DNA from: Verrucomicrobiota bacterium
GTDB taxonomy: Bacteria > Chlamydiota > Chlamydiia > Chlamydiales > SM23-39
NCBI GenBank assembly: GCA_028873295.1
Contig: JAGWKO010000002.1
Location: forward strand, 1,394 to 65,393
Length of the DNA stretch: 64,000 bases
Reading direction: 5' to 3'
A program made the position numbers and the translations under genes. How positions within the stretch are numbered: the first letter of the stretch is position 1; every line of letters starts with the position of its first letter. The notes under the pieces were generated by a model. That model did no database searches, was not told the DNA's origin, and saw only the letters and a program-made list of their open reading frames with translations. Below, one piece after another: positions 26,066 to 35,546 of this stretch.

Positions 26066-26087
26066 GGACCTCTTTCAAAAGAGGTCC
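26066..26087. terminator. Hairpin shared by convergent rpoD and tRNA-Ala
   Basis: GGACCTCTT-TCAA-AAGAGGTCC lies directly 3' of the tRNA on the minus strand and downstream of rpoD on the plus strand. Confidence 0.5.
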
Positions 26088-26089
26088 AT

Positions 26090-26162
26090 TGGAGCGTATC
26101 GGACTCGAACCGATGGCCTCAACAATGCCATTGTTGCACTCTACCAACTGAGCTAACGCCCC
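26090..26162 (-). tRNA. tRNA-Ala (anticodon GGC)
   Basis: The reverse complement GGGGCGTTAGCTCAGTTGGTAGAGTGCAACAATGGCATTGTTGAGGCCATCGGTTCGAGTCCGATACGCTCCA folds as a cloverleaf. The anticodon stem is CAACA/TGTTG with loop AT-GGC-AT. It has the G3:U70 identity pair, GGTTCGAGTCC in the T-arm and discriminator A. CCA is not encoded. Confidence 0.9.
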
Positions 26163-26190
26163 GTAAAGTCTCCCATTGTAAGGAAACCCA

Positions 26191-27372
26191 ATGTTTTTTG
26201 ATACAATTTTAGAAGCGCCGCCGGATCCTATTTTTGGCTTGAACCATGCCTTTGCTGTCGATGGACGTCAGAAAAAGGTTAATTTGGCAGTTGGGATTTA
26301 CAAGGATGAGCAGCTTCGGACGCCTCTCATGAGCGCTGTGCGCAAAGCGGGGGAGCAGCTTGCAGAGCAGGATGTTGGAGTTGATTATCTGCCAATTGAT
26401 GGATTCCCTCCTTTTTGTCAGTCGTTGGGTTCTCTTGTTTTTGGGGATGCCAATTGGAAACAGCATCACGGGCGTATTGCTGCTGTGCAGGCAGTAGGTG
26501 GAACGAGTGCTTTGCGCATTGCAGGGCAGTTTTTAGTACAGGAGGTGACAGAAACCCTTTCTCTTCCTCATCCTACATGGGCTAATCATCAGCAAATTTT
26601 TGTTCAATCAGGGCTTTGTGTAAAACAGTACTCCTACTGTCAAAATGCACGTGAAGGAGTTGATTTTTCAGGACTATTGGCCTTTGTGCGACAAATCGAG
26701 AAGAGATCTGCTTTTGTGCTTCATGCGGTGTGTCATAATCCTACTGGCCTTGATCTTTCGATGGAACAGTGGAAAGAACTTGGAAGTTTGATGACAGAAA
26801 AGGAGATTTTGCCCTTCTTTGATTTTGCGTATCATGGTTTTGGCGAGGGGCTGGAGAAGGATCGCGCTGTTTTGGAATATTTTTTAGAAACAGGGTGCGA
26901 GATGATCGTTGCCTATTCCTGTTCTAAAAATTTCAGTCTTTACAACCAACGCGTAGGGGGGCTCTTTATTGCAGCGAAAGACCCTGCAGTGAAAACGAGG
27001 CTTCAATCACAACTCAGCAGGATTATTCGCGCTCTCTATAGCAATCCGCCAGCCTATGGAGCCAGGTTGGTTCATCACATTCTTACGCATCCTCCACTCT
27101 TTCTGGAATGGAGAGAGGAGCTGGAGAGGATGCATGGTCGACTGAAAAGGTTGCGGGAATCTTTTGTGAGTGCCCTAACGAGTGAGGGCGCTGATTGGAA
27201 CTTTCTTCTTCGGCAAAAGGGGATGTTTGCCTTTCTTGATTTGGAAAAACAAGAAGTTTCCCGCTTAATTGAAGAATTTGCTATCTATTTACCTGACCGT
27301 GGCCGTATTGCCCTGGCTGCTCTTTCCGAGCAGAACATTGACTATGTAACAGATGCAATTCTCTCTCTTTAA
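26191..27372 (+). CDS. Class-I aspartate/aromatic aminotransferase
   Basis: 'PDPIFGL...KVNLAVGIYKDE', 'HNPTGLD' and 'SCSKNFSLYNQRVGG' (the PLP lysine motif of the AspC/TyrB family). Confidence 0.9.
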   Translation: MFFDTILEAPPDPIFGLNHAFAVDGRQKKVNLAVGIYKDEQLRTPLMSAVRKAGEQLAEQDVGVDYLPIDGFPPFCQSLGSLVFGDANWKQHHGRIAAVQAVGGTSALRIAGQFLVQEVTETLSLPHPTWANHQQIFVQSGLCVKQYSYCQNAREGVDFSGLLAFVRQIEKRSAFVLHAVCHNPTGLDLSMEQWKELGSLMTEKEILPFFDFAYHGFGEGLEKDRAVLEYFLETGCEMIVAYSCSKNFSLYNQRVGGLFIAAKDPAVKTRLQSQLSRIIRALYSNPPAYGARLVHHILTHPPLFLEWREELERMHGRLKRLRESFVSALTSEGADWNFLLRQKGMFAFLDLEKQEVSRLIEEFAIYLPDRGRIALAALSEQNIDYVTDAILSL

Positions 27373-28246
27373 TCTTCTTTTTCTCCTTTTCTTGTGGACG
27401 CAAGTCCCGAAAGTCAAAAGCGACTCTGTTCGCGGCTGGGCGATGACAGCTCTTGGCTCCTCTTGGCAATGGGGGGAGGGTCTTAGTACCTATCTTGCTC
27501 ATCGCCCCTGGTATGGGGCATACCCAAATTTTTTTGGTATAAGCAAACAGGGAAATAATGAGGATCTAGTAGCAGAGCTGCGATTGCAAAATCAGATGTT
27601 GCGCGCTCAATTGGAATTAGCAAGAGAGTGGATCCTTCAAGAAAAAGGAGCAGAGCGAAGAGGGCAACTTGATGAGCGCTTGGACAAGCAGGAGCAATTT
27701 CTTCTTGCAAAGGTGATCTATCGTGTTCCAAGCTCTTGGAATCAAAGTTGTTGGATTGATGTGGGGGAAGAGGCTGCGCCCCTTCTTTCTCGCAACAGCC
27801 CCGTAGTATATGGCAATGCTCTTGTGGGGGTTGTAGATTTTGTTGGTAAAAGACAGTCGCGTGTGCGTTTGATCACGGATCCGGGAATGAACGTCTCTGT
27901 GCGTGTTGAGCGTGAAAATGGGCTCTATCTGGCAAAAGGCATTGTACGCGGATTGGCTGTTCCTTTTTGGAGCTCTTCTCTTTTAAAAGGAGTGGGGTTT
28001 AACTATTCCTACGCAGATTCTTTTGGGGCCGCACAGGATCTTGAATCTGTCATTATACAGGAAGGGGACCATCTTATAACCTCTGGATTTGATGGTCTTT
28101 TTCCTTTTGGCCTTTCTGTGGCGACTGTCACAAAAATAGATCCTCGCCTGGAGGGAAATTTTTCCTATTCCCTCTCTGCCATTCCAACAGCTCCTGCGCT
28201 CAATGATATGCATTGGGTTTCTGTCCTCCCGGCAAGTGGGGAGTGA
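27353..28246 (+). CDS. mreC: Rod-shape-determining protein MreC
   Basis: N-terminal TM segment, coiled coil 'LRLQNQMLRAQLELAREW', and 'SRVRLITDPGMNVSVRVERENGLYLAKG'. It overlaps the aminotransferase 3' end by 20 nt. Confidence 0.8.
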   Translation: MQFSLFNLLFLLFLWTQVPKVKSDSVRGWAMTALGSSWQWGEGLSTYLAHRPWYGAYPNFFGISKQGNNEDLVAELRLQNQMLRAQLELAREWILQEKGAERRGQLDERLDKQEQFLLAKVIYRVPSSWNQSCWIDVGEEAAPLLSRNSPVVYGNALVGVVDFVGKRQSRVRLITDPGMNVSVRVERENGLYLAKGIVRGLAVPFWSSSLLKGVGFNYSYADSFGAAQDLESVIIQEGDHLITSGFDGLFPFGLSVATVTKIDPRLEGNFSYSLSAIPTAPALNDMHWVSVLPASGE

Positions 28247-28252
28247 AGGGTG

Positions 28253-28287
28253 CATACCCAAAATGCCAACTCTTGAGTCATTTTGGA
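28253..28287. repeat. Fragment related to the termini of the 52150-52304 hairpin element
   Basis: CATACCCAAAATG is identical to 52144-52156. CCAACTCTTGAGTCATTTTGG is close to 52284-52304 (CCAATTCTTGACTCATTTTGA). The fragment itself forms an 8-bp stem, CCAAAATG/CATTTTGG. Confidence 0.7.
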
Positions 28288-28305
28288 TGTAAAGCCGGCT
28301 TTACA
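28288..28305. repeat. 18-bp palindrome TGTAAAGCCGGCTTTACA, copy 2 (intergenic, convergent mreC/ABC)
   Basis: Exact 18-mer, extended to a 22-bp palindrome at 28286-28307. It lies between stop codons at 28246 (+) and 28319 (-). Confidence 0.95.
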
Positions 28306-28318
28306 TCTCTTCTATTTC

Positions 28319-30103
28319 TTACAGAGCTAGTTGTTTATGCCAAAGTTGTGCATAGCGGCTCCCCTTTTGGAGAAGCTCTTCATGAGAGCCTTCTTCGATC
28401 TGTCTGCCTCCATCAATAACAAAGATGCGGTCCATGCGCGTGATAGTAGTAAGACGATGCGTGACAAAGATCATTGTCGTTTTGCCGCGTAGATGTTCGA
28501 GCGCAAGAAGAATTTGTTCTTCAGAGTGGGCATCTAGATGGCTTGTTGCTTCATCGAGAAGCAGAAGTGAGGGATTGCGAAGGAAGGCTCTTGCCAAGGT
28601 GATTCTTTGCTTTTCGCCTCCTGAGAGTTCTACATCTCCGAGAAGGGTGTTGTATCCGCGAGGTAAGCGAGCTATGAAGTCTGCTGCATAGGCTTTCTGT
28701 GCAGCAAGATGGATCTCTTCCTGGGTTGCTTGAGGTGTGCCGAAGCGAATGTTTTCTTCGATAGTATCATGGAAGAGAAAGGAGTCTTGACTTACAACGC
28801 CGATTTGTTCTCGCCAACTTGTTTCGGAGTAGTTTGTAAGGGACTCTCCATCTATGAGAATTTTGCCTTGAGAAGGGGCGCGAAGACCGAGGATGAGATC
28901 TAGAATTGAGGATTTTCCTGCTCCTGAGAGACCGACGAGAGCGACAGAGCTTCCTTTCGGAATAGAAAAGGAGAGGTTCTGCAGAGACCACGCATCATTT
29001 CCCGGGTATTTTAGCCAAACATTCTGACAATCGATAGAAGAGTTCCAACGAAGGCTTGGTTTTTCTGCAGAGACGAGATATTCCTTCCCCTGTTCATCGA
29101 GAATGTCATTGAGGCGCAGGATCGAGCCCCAGTGAGTGCTGATAGTTCCTGCGGCAGACATTGCAATTTGCAGGCGGTTTGCCAAGCGATATGTGAGAGC
29201 GATGTAAGTAAGGAGGCTTGGCAGGACTGCTGTTCCTTGCGTATTGGTGAGAAGATAAGAGCCCAGGATGAGAGTGACACCTACAAGAAGAATGCTAATC
29301 GTCTCATTGAGGACAGGAAGCGAATGACTCCAGAGGTAGAGCCTTTTGCTTGTTTTATTGACCTGCTGCAGAATGTTTTCTGTTTTTTTAAGGATGTAGG
29401 TCTGTTTGCAAAAGATATGAATAGGGCGGAGTCCCTGTAATGATTGCACGATGCGATGGCTGAATTCTACAAGATGTCCTGTGAGTTCTTTGGAGTATTT
29501 AGAGATCGTTCGGATCAGACTTTTTTGTGCTCCCGTTAGAAGCAAAAAGAGGAAAAAAGTGATTGCTGTCAGTTTCCAGGAGATAAAAAGCAGAAGAGAA
29601 AGTAGCCCTAAACTCATTGCGCAAGAGACTAGAATTTTGTTTGCGCACTCGAAGAAATAGGGAAAAAAAGAGGGAGGTGTTTTGACATATTCGATCAGAT
29701 CTCCTACTCGATAACGCGAAACAAAAGGGAAGCTGAAGCGAAAGATTTGTGTGCAAATCGTTTGTTGTGCAAGGGTTTGAATCTTTAGTGAAAGAGCAGA
29801 AGTTCCAATAAGCGCCAGATAGTTGAGACCGCTGCGAATCATTTGGAAGAGCACGGTTGCAAGGATGTAGAAATAGAAGAGATCCATTCCCTGCAGATGA
29901 AATCCGAGCAATTCATGCGGTTGAATATTTCCAAAAAGAGGAGCGCTCTCTTTTCCTTCAAGAGCAGAAAAGGCAAGAAGAATACAGGCAAAGCTTCCTC
30001 CTTCAAAAACAGCTGTGAGCAAAAGAGGGAAAAGCAGTGCGATTAGATACTTGGTATGGCTATAACGCGGGCCTAGAAAGAGCTTTCCTACTGGAGACAA
30101 CAT
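28319..30103 (-). CDS. ABC exporter, fused permease/ATPase (MsbA-like)
   Basis: Six-TM N-domain. 'GLSGAGKSS' (Walker A), 'LSGGEKQRITLARAFL' (signature) and 'LLLLDEATSHLD' (Walker B). Confidence 0.9.
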   Translation of the reverse strand: MLSPVGKLFLGPRYSHTKYLIALLFPLLLTAVFEGGSFACILLAFSALEGKESAPLFGNIQPHELLGFHLQGMDLFYFYILATVLFQMIRSGLNYLALIGTSALSLKIQTLAQQTICTQIFRFSFPFVSRYRVGDLIEYVKTPPSFFPYFFECANKILVSCAMSLGLLSLLLFISWKLTAITFFLFLLLTGAQKSLIRTISKYSKELTGHLVEFSHRIVQSLQGLRPIHIFCKQTYILKKTENILQQVNKTSKRLYLWSHSLPVLNETISILLVGVTLILGSYLLTNTQGTAVLPSLLTYIALTYRLANRLQIAMSAAGTISTHWGSILRLNDILDEQGKEYLVSAEKPSLRWNSSIDCQNVWLKYPGNDAWSLQNLSFSIPKGSSVALVGLSGAGKSSILDLILGLRAPSQGKILIDGESLTNYSETSWREQIGVVSQDSFLFHDTIEENIRFGTPQATQEEIHLAAQKAYAADFIARLPRGYNTLLGDVELSGGEKQRITLARAFLRNPSLLLLDEATSHLDAHSEEQILLALEHLRGKTTMIFVTHRLTTITRMDRIFVIDGGRQIEEGSHEELLQKGSRYAQLWHKQLAL

Positions 30104-30207
30104 GTTGTATAGAGTACTCGATTTTCCATTTTTTCAGAGGAGAAATTGACTTTTTCTCATTGATTGGGCCAGAATTGTCAACTTTTATTTTGTCATGAGG
30201 GCAATTC

Positions 30208-33200
30208 ATGTTGAAATTTTCGATCCTTTTATTTGTTTGCGCGTCCCTTTTTGCTAATCAAATTCTCATCGAAACCATGAGTAATGATCCTGCGGCGACC
30301 ATTGACGGCAAGGTCAATGTTTTTACGGGATTGCCTAATGTATGCAATGAAGATCTCGTGATTCAGGGAGCTGAGCCTATCCGGTTGTTTCGTGTTTATA
30401 TTCACGGAGCAGTGGATGGATATTGGAGTATTCCTGGGGATCCGGCGCAGATCATAGCAACTGAGAAGGAATATCGTTGGATCGTCGAAGAGCCTGATGA
30501 ATGTCCGCTCATCTATCGCAAGGAAGGTCAACCGTGCTCAATTGGAAAAGAGCGCTATATCCGCTGTACTCCTTCGAATCTCAATACCGGCTTTTCCAAC
30601 ACATGCAGGGGGGAAATTTCAAGCCAGACTAACCTCCGGAACCATTGTCTGTTCCTGGAAGAGAAGCGGATAAAAGAAGAGGGCAAGCCAAAGGATGTCA
30701 CTATTCATCGTTCCAATGGCGCCATAAGGACATATAAAAGAGTCCATCGTACAGAAAATATTTTCGTTCTTCTCTCAGAACATCTGCCCAACAGTAATTG
30801 GATTCTTTATGCCTATGAAGAGCCGCTTGAATTACGTGAAGGGAGGCTTCCGAAGCTTCTCTCAATTCGCACAACGAATAACGACAAGACAAAAGAGTAT
30901 GCAAAGGCCACTTTTCTCTACAAAACCAAATACCGTGAAGATGGCTTTGAGATCGTCGGAAGTGATGGTCAGAAAATCGAGTACCGCTTTACAGAGAAGA
31001 ATAGCAAAAATAAGCCGAGAAGGCTGAAAGCTGTTATCCCCTCTTCTTTCCCGTGGCAGGAGCTTCGCTATACAAATTTTGATATTGGCGACGGGGTTAA
31101 ACAAAATCGCCTTTCTCTACTTGAGAATGCCCTGGAGAGAAAGGCTCTTTTTGAGTACTACACTCAGAATAAGGAAACTGTCGCCGGCCAAAAGCTCACG
31201 ATGGATGATAGAACGGTCGCTATTTATCACGGCAATGAGCCTGCCCGTTATGAATTGGAGCGTGATTTTCGAAGGGGGCGTATTAAAACGATTTCTGCGC
31301 CAGTGGGAGACACTGCAGCACTTTGGCCAACGCATTCTTTTATTTATCGCGGCGGATCGACCTCCGTCTACGATCATGAAGGGAAGAGAGCCGATTATTA
31401 TAACGAAGGCGGTCAAAGACTCGATCGTATTGAGCGCTTTTCTAAAGAGGGGAAATTAGAAAGCATTGAGTGTTACGCATGGGCGGCAGAAGAGAATAAA
31501 AGGGGAAACCTGCTTGCCAAAAGTCTTCTTGATGCCGATCGAGCGCCTCTTTTCTCCACTTTCTATGTTTATGACTATAGAGGGAACGTCCTGGAAGAGC
31601 ACTTTTGCGGCAACCTTACAGGCTTGGGAAGCGCGCTTGTTTTGGACAAGAGGCACTATCCCTTAGAGAATGGCGTGGAAATGGCGATTAAGCGGTGTAG
31701 CTATTCTTATGGTAGTGCTGGCGCTCCTGACTTACTTATAAGAAAAGAGCTTCCCTCAGGGATCGTCTATCTCTACAGTTACTTGTCCGGAACAAACCTT
31801 CCTGTTTCGCAGTTGAGCTATGATGGTAAGCTCCTACAGATGCGCAAATTTTGGGAGTATAGCGATGGCATTCTCATTCGAGAAATTTCAGATGACGGGA
31901 GCTCTTCTGATCCAAAAGATCTTTCCAATGTTACCTACCGAACCATTCAGGAGACAGTCCCCTACTCCAAGGGCTCCTATGTAGGACTTCCAGAGGTCAT
32001 TTTAGAAAAGTACTGGGAAAAGGGGGAGGAGCATCTTTTGCGCAAAACTGTTTTGCATTATGGCATTGGCGCACAAGTTACAGAGAAAGAAGTGTATGAC
32101 GCAACCGAAACATACTGTTACACGCAAACTTTTGAATATGACGAGAAAAACAGGTTGTGCAGCGAGACAGACCCTCTTGGAAGACAAGCAAGGTATCAGT
32201 ACGATCCTCTTGGAAATTGCATTTATAAGAAGGAGTTTTCGGGAAGAGTAGAGCGAAGAACTCATTATGACTATTCAAATCGCCCCTGTAGAGCTACCTG
32301 TCAAGGAGATGATGGCATCGTTTTAACCAGGTACTTTTCCTATGATGGTCTTCATCAGCTCCGCAGTGAAACTTCTCCTCAAGAAGCTACCACTCACTAT
32401 GCCTATGATTCTCTCGGAAGATGTGTTGAAACAGAGCTTCCTCCTATCCCCAATGAAAAGGGAGATCTTGTTCGTCCTCTTTTCCGAAAGGAATATAACA
32501 GTGCTGGTCAGGAAATTGTTTCTACGGATGCTATGGGGCACAGAACGACCAAAAAATACAATGCCTATGGCAAGCCTGTTCTCATTAAATATCCCGATGG
32601 CTCTCTCGAACAGTATGGTTATTTTCTCGATGGAAGTCTGAAAAGCCACACTGATGCAAATGGCATCTTGACTACCTACGTGAACGATGCCTTCGGTCGT
32701 ATCATCCAAAAAACAAAAAAGTTGTCGCAAGGATTTTTTCAGGAGAGTTATCAATACAAGGGCAAACTCCTCCTCAGGAAAACAGATGCTGAAGGAAATG
32801 TAACCAAATATAGTTACGATGGCGCAGGCAGAAAAATTGGGGAAGAATGCTGCGGTGAGAAAACTCTCTTTTTTTATGATGCTCTTGGACGCATCTGTAA
32901 AACGCAGAAAGGAGAGACTTCGTTCGTTGTTCGATATGATTTTATGGACCGCGTTATCGAAGAAAGGACTGAAACACTTTCTCAACAAGTTCTCCGAAAG
33001 ATCGAGTATGAGTATGATACTGCTAACAATAAAAAGAGGATCATACGTTTCATCGCAGGAAATAGCCATAGTGAGATATTTCAATATGATTCACAAAATC
33101 GACTTATTAAGAAGATTGATCCGCAGAAAAATTTCGAGACTACTCATTTTGACGACTTTTATATAGATCGTCATGGGCAGAAAGTTCTTTGCAAAACGCA

Positions 33201-35544
33201 TACTGATTCTCTCGGACTGCAAACGATTGAGACATGCAACACATATCAATTGCCTGCCCGTATAGAAAAAAAGGCTGCAATATCAAAGCTCCTTCATTTG
33301 CAGGAAAATAGCTACGATCTCAATGGCGCGCTCTCCCTGCAAATAGACACGATTTTTCATCCAGAGGGAGCTGCTCGCAGTATCAAAACAAGGCGCTCTT
33401 ATGATTCCTTGGGGCGTCTTACAACTCTTGTTGAAGCAGATAGTGCGCCTTGCTCTAAAACTACCACTCATACCTATACGCCTACTGGTCTTTTTCAAAG
33501 CACTACCAAGCCTGACGGGGTCGTGTTGAACTATGGGTATAATGATCTTGGTTGCTTGACATCGCTTACTTCATCGGATGGGACAGTGAGTTATCAGATG
33601 GAATACAACTTCCTTGGGCATCTGCTTCGATCAAACCATGCTCTCAGGAGTGTTGATGCATTTGGGCGATTGCTTACGGAGGCGCTTGCGCACGGTGCGC
33701 ATATCGAAAATAGCTATGACTCTTCCGGGCGGCGAACTAAATGTTTTATTCCACAAGCCGATTGTTTGATTGAATATGAATATCTAGCTTCTGATCTCAA
33801 AACAGTTCGCAGAAGAACTTCTGATAGGAAATGTCTGTATGAACACGTTTATTCAGAAAGAGATCTTTCAGGAAATCTTCTTCAGGAACGCTGTATCGGG
33901 GATAGAGGGGTTGTTACCTATACCCTAGATCCTCTTTCCCGTAGATCAGCTCTTCAAGCACCGCATTTTTCTCAGCAAGTTCTCGCCTTTGATGCTGTAG
34001 GTAATGTCCGCAAAATGAGCCTTCAAGGCGAAGAGATCAACTACGATTATGATGCTCTTTATCAACTTACTTCAGAATCGGGACTTTTTTCTCATAGGTA
34101 TCTCTTTGACTCATGGAACAACCGCTTGCAGAAAGACGGGGAAAAATATCAGATAGATGAGCTCAATCAACTCATATCTCATGTTGAATATGATCGAAAT
34201 GGCAACCCAAGAAGATGGGGCGACAACCTCTACACATATGATGCTTTAGACCGTCTTATTCAGGTAGAAACTCCAACGTTTACTGTGAAGTATGCCTATG
34301 ACTCTTTGCATAGGCGCATGTCGCAAACGACCTTTAAAAATGGCACACGAGAGAAGCTCTATTTTCTTTACGATGGTCAAAATGAAATCGGCTCTCTGGA
34401 TGAAAATGGTCGCATTGTGGATTTTCGCATTTTGGGTCATGCTCCCCATGCAGAGATCGGCGCTGCTATTGCCCTTGAGCTCAATGGGAAGACTTATGCC
34501 CCTATTCATGACCTACAGGGCAATGTAGCGCTGCTACTTCCCCTCCATGAAACAGAAATACCAATTTCTTACAGGTATAGTGCATTTGGAGAAGAAAGAG
34601 GGAAAGAGACAGCTCTCTCTCCCTGGCGGTTTTCTTCAAAGCGGATCGATGCGACTGGGCTCGTCTACTATGGACGCCGCTACTACACTTCTGAGCTGGG
34701 GCGTTGGTTAACTCCTGACCCGTCTGGGTTTACAGATGGGATGAATCTCTATGCCTTTCTGCGCAATGACCCACTTACCCATTTTGATGAGTATGGGCTT
34801 GAGCATCTTTCACAAATGACGCAGATGGTAGAGCGGCAGAGGAATGCGGCTAACTACCTGAATAATACCTACAAGTTCGAAAACCATTATCACCATTATG
34901 TCCCTTTTGACTATTCTCAGAATTCTCTAATTTCTAAACCGAGAGGGGAAGTTGTTTTATTTACAGGAATCAGAACGACAGTCGAGGAGCATCGCGAAGC
35001 ATTGAAATATACTTCTCAGCTCGGCGGAGGTGTCCCAATGCATGGTATCCATATGCCTACTCGTGGTTTGTGGCATGACCTTGGCAATAGCTTGAATACA
35101 TTGCATCATGGGAGCAATTCCACGATTTTTCATGGAGAGAGATATTTTCGGGAAGCCTCAGAAAGAGTGGGGCGAGATGGAAAGATTTTGGCCATTGGGC
35201 ATAGTGGAGGTGCGATGAATGAATATTTTTCTGCTATGCGATTACCTAAGGAAGTAAGAGACAAAATCAGCTTTGTAACGATTGCGCCTGCAAAAATTAT
35301 TCCGCAGACTGATTTCCCAACTGCGCGAAATTTTAGAAGTTCTGGGCTTGATTTCTTGATGTTCTATCATCAGACAGCGCATCGTCAGGAATATCAACAG
35401 GCGATCCAGAGCGGTTCTCTATCGACTCTTCCGGTAGATTCATCGCGCAGGTCGAGTCATGATCATGACTACATGAGTCCGACATACAAAAGAACAATAC
35501 GCGACTCTATTGAATCATTTGCAAAAACGTATGAATGTAGGTGA
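30208..35544 (+). CDS. Rhs/YD-repeat protein with a C-terminal alpha/beta-hydrolase-like (GHSGG) domain
   Basis: Signal-like 'MLKFSILLFVCASLFA'. N-terminal 'VNVFTGLPNVCNEDLVIQGAEPIRLFRVY'. Dozens of YD-type repeats ('YQYDPLGN', 'YAYDSLGR', 'YSYDGAGR', 'FFYDALGR'...). Rhs core end 'YYGRRYYTSELGRWLTPDPSGFTDGMNLYAFLRNDPLTHFDEYGL'. A tail of about 245 aa follows, with 'ILAIGHSGGAM'. Confidence 0.9.
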   Translation: MLKFSILLFVCASLFANQILIETMSNDPAATIDGKVNVFTGLPNVCNEDLVIQGAEPIRLFRVYIHGAVDGYWSIPGDPAQIIATEKEYRWIVEEPDECPLIYRKEGQPCSIGKERYIRCTPSNLNTGFSNTCRGEISSQTNLRNHCLFLEEKRIKEEGKPKDVTIHRSNGAIRTYKRVHRTENIFVLLSEHLPNSNWILYAYEEPLELREGRLPKLLSIRTTNNDKTKEYAKATFLYKTKYREDGFEIVGSDGQKIEYRFTEKNSKNKPRRLKAVIPSSFPWQELRYTNFDIGDGVKQNRLSLLENALERKALFEYYTQNKETVAGQKLTMDDRTVAIYHGNEPARYELERDFRRGRIKTISAPVGDTAALWPTHSFIYRGGSTSVYDHEGKRADYYNEGGQRLDRIERFSKEGKLESIECYAWAAEENKRGNLLAKSLLDADRAPLFSTFYVYDYRGNVLEEHFCGNLTGLGSALVLDKRHYPLENGVEMAIKRCSYSYGSAGAPDLLIRKELPSGIVYLYSYLSGTNLPVSQLSYDGKLLQMRKFWEYSDGILIREISDDGSSSDPKDLSNVTYRTIQETVPYSKGSYVGLPEVILEKYWEKGEEHLLRKTVLHYGIGAQVTEKEVYDATETYCYTQTFEYDEKNRLCSETDPLGRQARYQYDPLGNCIYKKEFSGRVERRTHYDYSNRPCRATCQGDDGIVLTRYFSYDGLHQLRSETSPQEATTHYAYDSLGRCVETELPPIPNEKGDLVRPLFRKEYNSAGQEIVSTDAMGHRTTKKYNAYGKPVLIKYPDGSLEQYGYFLDGSLKSHTDANGILTTYVNDAFGRIIQKTKKLSQGFFQESYQYKGKLLLRKTDAEGNVTKYSYDGAGRKIGEECCGEKTLFFYDALGRICKTQKGETSFVVRYDFMDRVIEERTETLSQQVLRKIEYEYDTANNKKRIIRFIAGNSHSEIFQYDSQNRLIKKIDPQKNFETTHFDDFYIDRHGQKVLCKTHTDSLGLQTIETCNTYQLPARIEKKAAISKLLHLQENSYDLNGALSLQIDTIFHPEGAARSIKTRRSYDSLGRLTTLVEADSAPCSKTTTHTYTPTGLFQSTTKPDGVVLNYGYNDLGCLTSLTSSDGTVSYQMEYNFLGHLLRSNHALRSVDAFGRLLTEALAHGAHIENSYDSSGRRTKCFIPQADCLIEYEYLASDLKTVRRRTSDRKCLYEHVYSERDLSGNLLQERCIGDRGVVTYTLDPLSRRSALQAPHFSQQVLAFDAVGNVRKMSLQGEEINYDYDALYQLTSESGLFSHRYLFDSWNNRLQKDGEKYQIDELNQLISHVEYDRNGNPRRWGDNLYTYDALDRLIQVETPTFTVKYAYDSLHRRMSQTTFKNGTREKLYFLYDGQNEIGSLDENGRIVDFRILGHAPHAEIGAAIALELNGKTYAPIHDLQGNVALLLPLHETEIPISYRYSAFGEERGKETALSPWRFSSKRIDATGLVYYGRRYYTSELGRWLTPDPSGFTDGMNLYAFLRNDPLTHFDEYGLEHLSQMTQMVERQRNAANYLNNTYKFENHYHHYVPFDYSQNSLISKPRGEVVLFTGIRTTVEEHREALKYTSQLGGGVPMHGIHMPTRGLWHDLGNSLNTLHHGSNSTIFHGERYFREASERVGRDGKILAIGHSGGAMNEYFSAMRLPKEVRDKISFVTIAPAKIIPQTDFPTARNFRSSGLDFLMFYHQTAHRQEYQQAIQSGSLSTLPVDSSRRSSHDHDYMSPTYKRTIRDSIESFAKTYECR

Positions 35545-35546
35545 GT

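Noticed and set aside
32323-33084. 253-aa minus-strand ORF inside the Rhs gene.
   Set aside because: It is antisense to the continuous YD-repeat frame. This is a typical shadow ORF in a long repetitive gene.
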